Assembly (NCBI GenBank): GCA_963666285.1
Contig: OY762711.1
Strand: one strand, 5' to 3'
Length of the DNA stretch: 64,000 bases
From: Sedimentisphaerales bacterium
GTDB lineage: Bacteria; Planctomycetota; Phycisphaerae; Sedimentisphaerales; SM23-30
In this document: positions 59,133 to 64,000 of the stretch, one piece after another
Layout: every line of letters begins with the position of its first letter
How positions within the stretch are numbered: position 1 is the first letter of the stretch
Made by a program: the position numbers and the translations under genes
Notes under the pieces: generated by a model
Told to the model about the DNA's origin: nothing
Database searches by the model: none
What the model saw: the letters and a program-made list of their open reading frames with translations, nothing else

Positions 59133-59433
59133 ACTGTACTATCCCTTCAGAAAATACCTGCATTAGAAATTCATCTCTAGCTAGTAGCCGCTCTTTAATC
59201 TCACCAGGCCGATAAACTCTCAAATCAACAGAAAAGGCAGGTTGTAAATCATATAACATTTGTTTCGCTAATACTATACTTGGCATATATGTTTCTATTT
59301 CTACCAGTAAGTCAATATCTGACTCATCTGTTGCCTTACCTGTAGCATAAGAACCAAACAATAATATTTTAACAGGATGGTATTTTGCTACTATGCTATC
59401 GATCAAGCTTTGAATATCACTTTCAGCTATCAT
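59122..59433 (-). CDS. Minimal nucleotidyltransferase (MNT) domain protein
   Basis: ILLFGSYATG.A...SDIDLLV...VDL. Confidence 0.88.
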   Translation of the reverse strand: MIAESDIQSLIDSIVAKYHPVKILLFGSYATGKATDESDIDLLVEIETYMPSIVLAKQMLYDLQPAFSVDLRVYRPGEIKERLLARDEFLMQVFSEGIVQYGI

Positions 59434-59671
59434 CTTCTATACTCGCTATTATCCCTTGCAGATAGGAAACTTTACTGTCAATATATGTCTGTCTGTTATT
59501 ATTGATTGCTTCAATCTGTAAAGCACAATTAGCCTTTACCGTAGGCCAGACACTAATATTATCAACGTGTAACTGTAACTTACTTACTATCTCATTCAGC
59601 ATGTCATCGGCTGTAACCGGGTCTTGCCATTGCGTAAGTTCAGCTTGTAATTTCTCTTTTTTATCGCTCAT
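59423..59671 (-). CDS. Hypothetical phage protein
   Basis: AGGAG RBS; overlaps the next gene. Confidence 0.6.
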   Translation of the reverse strand: MSDKKEKLQAELTQWQDPVTADDMLNEIVSKLQLHVDNISVWPTVKANCALQIEAINNNRQTYIDSKVSYLQGIIASIEDDS

Positions 59672-59746
59672 AAAAATACTCCTGTATGCGAATTTGATAT
59701 ATAATAATCATAACACACATACAGAAGTTTAATACGGAAAAGGCTT

Positions 59747-60106
59747 TCATTTGTGGTAGGATTTGTAGTATATATCCGCTATTGTAGTTAGTGAAACATA
59801 GCCGGTTTTACCCACCCTTATTAAACCGATCACCCGCTGACGCTGGATTGCGTAAGCTTCCCTTAAATACTGTAGCTGCTCGGCTGTTATTGATATGCCA
59901 TTGTCTTTATCAACTGTAGCGTCAAGTGTCTTTACCACTCTTGCCAGTAAAGTATTAAAATGTTTTTTCGGCATTCCATCCCACAAACTCATCATTTCAA
60001 CATATAGCTCATCTTTTGATATTGGCGATGTGCCTATCATCTCTGCCATAAATGCCGTCTGTGAAATAGGCAACTGATATACAGGGTGTAATTTTCTTTC
60101 TATCAT
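59747..60106 (-). CDS. Hypothetical phage protein
   Basis: ATGA-type coupling with the upstream gene. Confidence 0.6.
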   Translation of the reverse strand: MIERKLHPVYQLPISQTAFMAEMIGTSPISKDELYVEMMSLWDGMPKKHFNTLLARVVKTLDATVDKDNGISITAEQLQYLREAYAIQRQRVIGLIRVGKTGYVSLTTIADIYYKSYHK

Positions 60107-60447
60107 ATTAACTCCGTTTCTACATTTAGATAACTAATAGGCTTATTAAATTCTTTGGCAAGCCTGATTTCAGCCTGCACGCCTTTTGATTGTTGCCAGC
60201 CGGGAATTTGTAACACTTTCAATTCATCACATTTGCTTATCATCAAAGTGTCGTAACTTTCCCAAAAATCCCAATCACCAGGTAAACCATAGCGGGAAAT
60301 CGGGTGAGTGTGTGCTATAGGGCTATACACAAACAATCCCTGTTTCATTAACTCCGCTGCATATTTACAAACCAGTTCAAAACGCTTTTCTTTAATAGCT
60401 TCCGATTCATGCGAATACGGAGAGGCCAAATATATTAGTCTTTTCAT
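60103..60447 (-). CDS. DUF1937 family (nucleoside deoxyribosyltransferase-like fold)
   Basis: IYLASPYSH, YSPIAHTHP, GW..SKGV.AEI..A. Confidence 0.85.
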   Translation of the reverse strand: MKRLIYLASPYSHESEAIKEKRFELVCKYAAELMKQGLFVYSPIAHTHPISRYGLPGDWDFWESYDTLMISKCDELKVLQIPGWQQSKGVQAEIRLAKEFNKPISYLNVETELI

Positions 60448-60456
60448 CTTTACTCC

Positions 60457-61170
60457 TTAAAATAGCTGCCCTTGTTTTGTATGATTGCTCAATCGTTCAC
60501 AAGCAGCATGAAAATAATCTGTGTCAAGTTCACACGCTACTAAGTCAAAACCTAAATCCCAACATGCTATAGCAATCGAACCACTGCCGAGATGGGTATC
60601 TAAAATCAATTGACCATCTTTTGCGTATTTCTCCAGAAGCCATTTATATAAATCAACTGGCTTTTGTGTGGGATGAAACTTGCACTTATTTCTATTGTTT
60701 TTATGAATACTGTATCTAAACACCTTTGCAGGCATCTTTAGCCCTAAACTTACCCAGGCATACTCAGCAGAAGAAAAATTATCGACCGTCTGTTCTTTAT
60801 CCCAAACACAGAAGTATTCTGTTATTGGTAACTCGAAATTATTTGCACCCCATATAATTTGATTTGCACTGGCATTAAAAAGCTTTTGAAAGTAGCTTTC
60901 ATCAGGTTTATTATTATTCCATTGCAGCTTATTACCTATAGACTTAAACCTTGTGTCTTTTTCGCTACGTGGCTTTGTAAAACATTGCAGATTATAAGGT
61001 GGGTCAACAATGGCAAGGTCGAATTGTTTATCCTGACATCCCTGCAAAAAAGCCATACAATCCATATTGTATATAGTGATATTGGCTCTGCCTGAAATTT
61101 CAAACTTATCTAAATAATCCATTCTCGCAATCCTTTGCAAATGTCCTGCCCGCCGAAACGGGCAGAACAA
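60457..61170 (-). CDS. Orphan DNA N6-adenine/N4-cytosine methyltransferase (start probably ATG 61122)
   Basis: DLAIVDPPY, HPTQKP..LY.W, LDTHLGSGS, ELD..Y. Confidence 0.92.
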   Translation of the reverse strand: MFCPFRRAGHLQRIARMDYLDKFEISGRANITIYNMDCMAFLQGCQDKQFDLAIVDPPYNLQCFTKPRSEKDTRFKSIGNKLQWNNNKPDESYFQKLFNASANQIIWGANNFELPITEYFCVWDKEQTVDNFSSAEYAWVSLGLKMPAKVFRYSIHKNNRNKCKFHPTQKPVDLYKWLLEKYAKDGQLILDTHLGSGSIAIACWDLGFDLVACELDTDYFHAACERLSNHTKQGQLF

Positions 61171-61189
61171 TATTAAACATTCTCTTTCC

Positions 61190-61651
61190 TTATACCTTTT
61201 GCTCGGTGGGCTGGCTTGCCGCTTCCTCTTTGGTCAAGTCACCCGGACGCTTTAGAAAATTCCTGCCGACTAATAAGCCGCCCATACCATATAACATTGA
61301 ATTGACACCAGGTATCATATCAACGCCGTTTAATATAGTGCTTTGCAGTTCCCTTGAATCAGCAATATTATTTTCTACTACTACCCTGGCATCATCATAA
61401 GCCAGCTTGTCATCTTCAATTTGCCGCATAAATGCAAGCTGGTTATCACGATGGACAATACCAAGTTCACGCTTGATGATTTCAGCATCATACAGACTTT
61501 GCACACCTTCTTTATCCGGCATCTTTGCATAAGCTGCCGCACGCTTGGGAATCGTTGAAGGTGTAACCCTGTCAAGCAGGCTGCCACAGCCCACCAGCGC
61601 AATCATCATCAATACTACCAATACCAAAATTACATTACTTTTTGCTTTCAT
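61190..61651 (-). CDS. Phage lipoprotein
   Basis: Signal peptide with lipobox LVGC. Confidence 0.7.
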   Translation of the reverse strand: MKAKSNVILVLVVLMMIALVGCGSLLDRVTPSTIPKRAAAYAKMPDKEGVQSLYDAEIIKRELGIVHRDNQLAFMRQIEDDKLAYDDARVVVENNIADSRELQSTILNGVDMIPGVNSMLYGMGGLLVGRNFLKRPGDLTKEEAASQPTEQKV

Positions 61652-61663
61652 CTTTTGTACTCC

Positions 61664-61864
61664 TTACTTAGATTTAGCTTTTAACTGTCTTCCTTCGTAC
61701 AGTTCTATCATGTTCTTAATACATGCCATACCGTTAGACCTCATCTGGCAATCTACCGGCATAGCCTCAATAATTTGAATAAGCTGAACGGCATTTTTCC
61801 GAAACTCGCTTTGTTTTACTCTGCACTTGCCCGGTTTAATGTCGTCCCAGCTTTCAATAGTCAT
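61664..61864 (-). CDS. Hypothetical phage protein
   Basis: Coupled short ORF. Confidence 0.55.
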   Translation of the reverse strand: MTIESWDDIKPGKCRVKQSEFRKNAVQLIQIIEAMPVDCQMRSNGMACIKNMIELYEGRQLKAKSK

Positions 61865-62318
61865 ATACGTTATCCCTATCTCTAAATGCCTTCCTAAGTC
61901 CTGATAAAGTATGTTTACCCTTATAGCTCAACTTATCAGCAAGGACTTTCATCAAATAATCTTTCTGCTGCTGATACCAGGCAAGGTTATAAGTCTCTAA
62001 CGGCCTTTGGGTTTTATTGTCATTCCACCATTGACCATGTTCTGAGCCTTTCAGCCATTCAATAAAGTTTTCAACACCTGCGGTATTACTTGAATGTGCA
62101 GCACAATCATTACTAAACTCATGGCAGGTTGCACAAAGACAAACACCGTTACTAAGGTCATAACGATAGTGTATCCGCTCTCTTGATATTAAATGGTGGG
62201 CGTGTAGCTGCTTGGTCGAACTACCACATATTTCACACCTGCCGGGAAACCGTACAATCATTGACCAGAGCTGGTCACAATGCTTTTTAATAGTTTTTTT
62301 TGTTTGTTGTTTAGACAT
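61854..62318 (-). CDS. NinG-like / HNH nuclease
   Basis: D.LWS..VR...CEICG....HAHH...R....RYD..NG..LC..CH. Confidence 0.8.
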   Translation of the reverse strand: MSKQQTKKTIKKHCDQLWSMIVRFPGRCEICGSSTKQLHAHHLISRERIHYRYDLSNGVCLCATCHEFSNDCAAHSSNTAGVENFIEWLKGSEHGQWWNDNKTQRPLETYNLAWYQQQKDYLMKVLADKLSYKGKHTLSGLRKAFRDRDNVYDY

Positions 62319-62344
62319 AATATAAATCTCTTTACTTAAAATAG

Positions 62345-62740
62345 TTGTTAATATTAAATGCTCTATTGGTGAGAGTCGGAGCGCACTGCGTCCCAGGATA
62401 GGGACTGCACATGCTAAAATTCTGCTCTACCGGAGCCGAGCCGTCGCTTTCGTGCGGCGTATCATTTCACCATTACCGCTGACACTGCCTGATACGCTGG
62501 AGTGCTTAAAGTTGCGTTACCTTTAAGGCGTGCAGGCGGTAACGCTAGTAGCCTACACGACTTTTTCCTGAAAATATCATCACGACATTAACAGATACAT
62601 AATTCAGCTCATCGCCTGTTTTATTAAGCAGATAGACGGTGTAATCAAACTTCTGCTACTTCGATACCTCGCAAGGTTGAACGGTCGAAATCGCCGCTGT
62701 AATAAGTTGTCTATTGCTCTGCATGACCTTTTCAGGTTGA
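62345..62740 (-). ncRNA. Candidate structured non-coding RNA (or structured origin)
   Basis: About 400 nt without a listed ORF; at least six helices, with GAAA tetraloops and G-U pairs on the minus strand. Confidence 0.5.
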
Positions 62741-62743
62741 GAC

Positions 62744-63634
62744 TTACGAGCCTAAAATAAAGCGTCTGGTGTTCTTTACAACGCTATAAAACAATTGTTT
62801 TGTTAATCCATTCTGTACCCATTCCCTGACATCCTTGCAGCGAATAGGCTTGATAATACAAACTGGTATATCTTTATAAGGCAGTTCTTTTGCAAGCCTT
62901 AATGAACCGTCCTGACCTGGAAACCAGACAGAACCATCAGGCCGCTTTTTAGGCTCATCATTGTCAGTAACAATAATTATTTTCTTTGGCTTTGTACGCT
63001 TGATATAACTCTGGATATGATTAATACCACTATTACAGTTAGCCCTGCCTATTACGCCTTCAATACCAATATCAAGTAATGCAGGCGGGTCTGTCGCACC
63101 TTCTACAATGACAAGTTCACTGCTGCATATTTCATCAGGGATAAACAGGCCGTTTTCACTTCCTGGGTAACTTGCCTTACTGCCTGCATGTCTGGTTCTG
63201 ATACCTATAATATTTTCGTTACCATCTCGCATTGGAAACGTCCAGCATTGCCGGGCTGGTTGATCTGGCTTAAACCCAATTAAGCCGCTGCCTGTTTCCA
63301 TGCGTTCCAGGCTTGCCACAGAAACGCCCAGTTCAGCACTTAACGGCATTAAGTCACAACCGGCACGATAACCCATTACCAGCTCAAACCAGCGTTCAGG
63401 ACGTATTTTAGGCGGCATATTTATTGTCTGCTTAACAACAGGCTTTACCTCTGTACTGTCTGTAATTACGTGCAGCCAGCCATAAGAACCATCTTTGCCA
63501 ATCTTGAGCCAATCTGATTCAACCCGCATACAGCGAACGGTAGAGCCGTCAACGGTTATCTGACACCAGTCATTTTTACCACAAACCGGACATAGCTTGC
63601 GGGCCTTCTCTATTCCAACCCAATCAGCCGACAT
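62744..63634 (-). CDS. Phage DNA primase (Zn finger + TOPRIM)
   Basis: CPVCGK.DWC, FPMRD....IIGIR.R, VIVEGATD, IVTDND, KDVR.W. Confidence 0.9.
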   Translation of the reverse strand: MSADWVGIEKARKLCPVCGKNDWCQITVDGSTVRCMRVESDWLKIGKDGSYGWLHVITDSTEVKPVVKQTINMPPKIRPERWFELVMGYRAGCDLMPLSAELGVSVASLERMETGSGLIGFKPDQPARQCWTFPMRDGNENIIGIRTRHAGSKASYPGSENGLFIPDEICSSELVIVEGATDPPALLDIGIEGVIGRANCNSGINHIQSYIKRTKPKKIIIVTDNDEPKKRPDGSVWFPGQDGSLRLAKELPYKDIPVCIIKPIRCKDVREWVQNGLTKQLFYSVVKNTRRFILGS

Positions 63635-64000
63635 CCTTAATAAGTCCTCTTATATAATCATTCATTTTCCAGCCATTTTTAGCCAGACTCCCCATAATCT
63701 TATTAGCGGTCATCCTGTTAACGCTTGATGGGGCTATCCCTACCTGCCGTAACCTGTAAGCCTGTTTATCTGATGGTGGCATTGCATCTATTATCTGTGA
63801 AGCATGTATGCTATTCTCTATCTGGTCAATATTTGGCAAACCCCATCTTTCCAATGTTTCCCTTTGCTTGGTGGACATTGGCTTTTTAGTGATATAACCC
63901 GGTATGCGTTTAGGGATAATGTCCAGTACATCAAATGGTGAAACATCTACAGCGTAATATTGGGCCTGGAATTTAATCTGTTCACGCTCGGCGGCTTCTA
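63624..64000 (-). CDS. C-terminal part of a larger protein, probably an SF2 helicase; 5' end outside the window
   Basis: Frame open to the window edge (...VSPFDVL...KPMSTKQ...PSDKQ...L..NGW); lies upstream of the primase. Confidence 0.55.
   Translation of the reverse strand, partial: EAAEREQIKFQAQYYAVDVSPFDVLDIIPKRIPGYITKKPMSTKQRETLERWGLPNIDQIENSIHASQIIDAMPPSDKQAYRLRQVGIAPSSVNRMTANKIMGSLAKNGWKMNDYIRGLIKDVG

Larger units (their letters stand above)
36902..64000. mobile_element. Prophage (siphovirus-like, HK97-type head) integrated at tRNA-Leu; continues beyond the window
   Basis: att fragment plus integrase, followed by a contiguous tail-head-terminase-replication gene order on the minus strand. 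Confidence 0.95.

Noticed and set aside
59122..59671. MNT-HEPN toxin-antitoxin pair
   Set aside because: No adjacent protein with a HEPN RxxxxH motif
60457..61170. Restriction-modification system
   Set aside because: Orphan methyltransferase typical of phages; no cognate restriction endonuclease adjacent
62430..62470. Group II intron domain V
   Set aside because: The GAAA hairpin is too short and lacks the canonical catalytic triad and bulge geometry; no RT or maturase

Overview
Bacterial chromosome window, most likely an anaerobic Planctomycetota (Phycisphaerae/Sedimentisphaerales-like). This is inferred from the PEP-CTERM protein, several dockerin-like secreted proteins and many carbohydrate-active enzymes. 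Positions 1-36.8 kb are host DNA: CE8, GH99-like, PL1 and GH92 enzymes, tmRNA followed by an AT-rich island relic, a DtxR-FeoA plus split FeoB operon, a chromate transporter, a giant CotH protein, a divergent serpin-domain protein, and two families of short dispersed repeats. From about 36.9 kb to the end lies a prophage integrated in tRNA-Leu(TAG). Only the 3' att fragment of the tRNA is in the window. The prophage has a tyrosine integrase, a minimal tail module, an HK97-type head, a terminase and replication genes. The most striking candidate system is in the prophage. A 1191-aa five-domain glycosyltransferase/methyltransferase, whose first domain carries ppGalNAc-T (mucin-type) motifs, and a DUF616-like glycosyltransferase sit between terminase and portal, while the tail module encodes a mucin-like Ser-rich protein with 12 SGSSDxx heptads. 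Together these suggest phage-encoded virion O-glycosylation. Also notable are a roughly 400-nt structured non-coding region between the primase and an HNH gene, and a repeated bipartite late-gene motif. All calls come from reading motifs by eye; no database searches were run.
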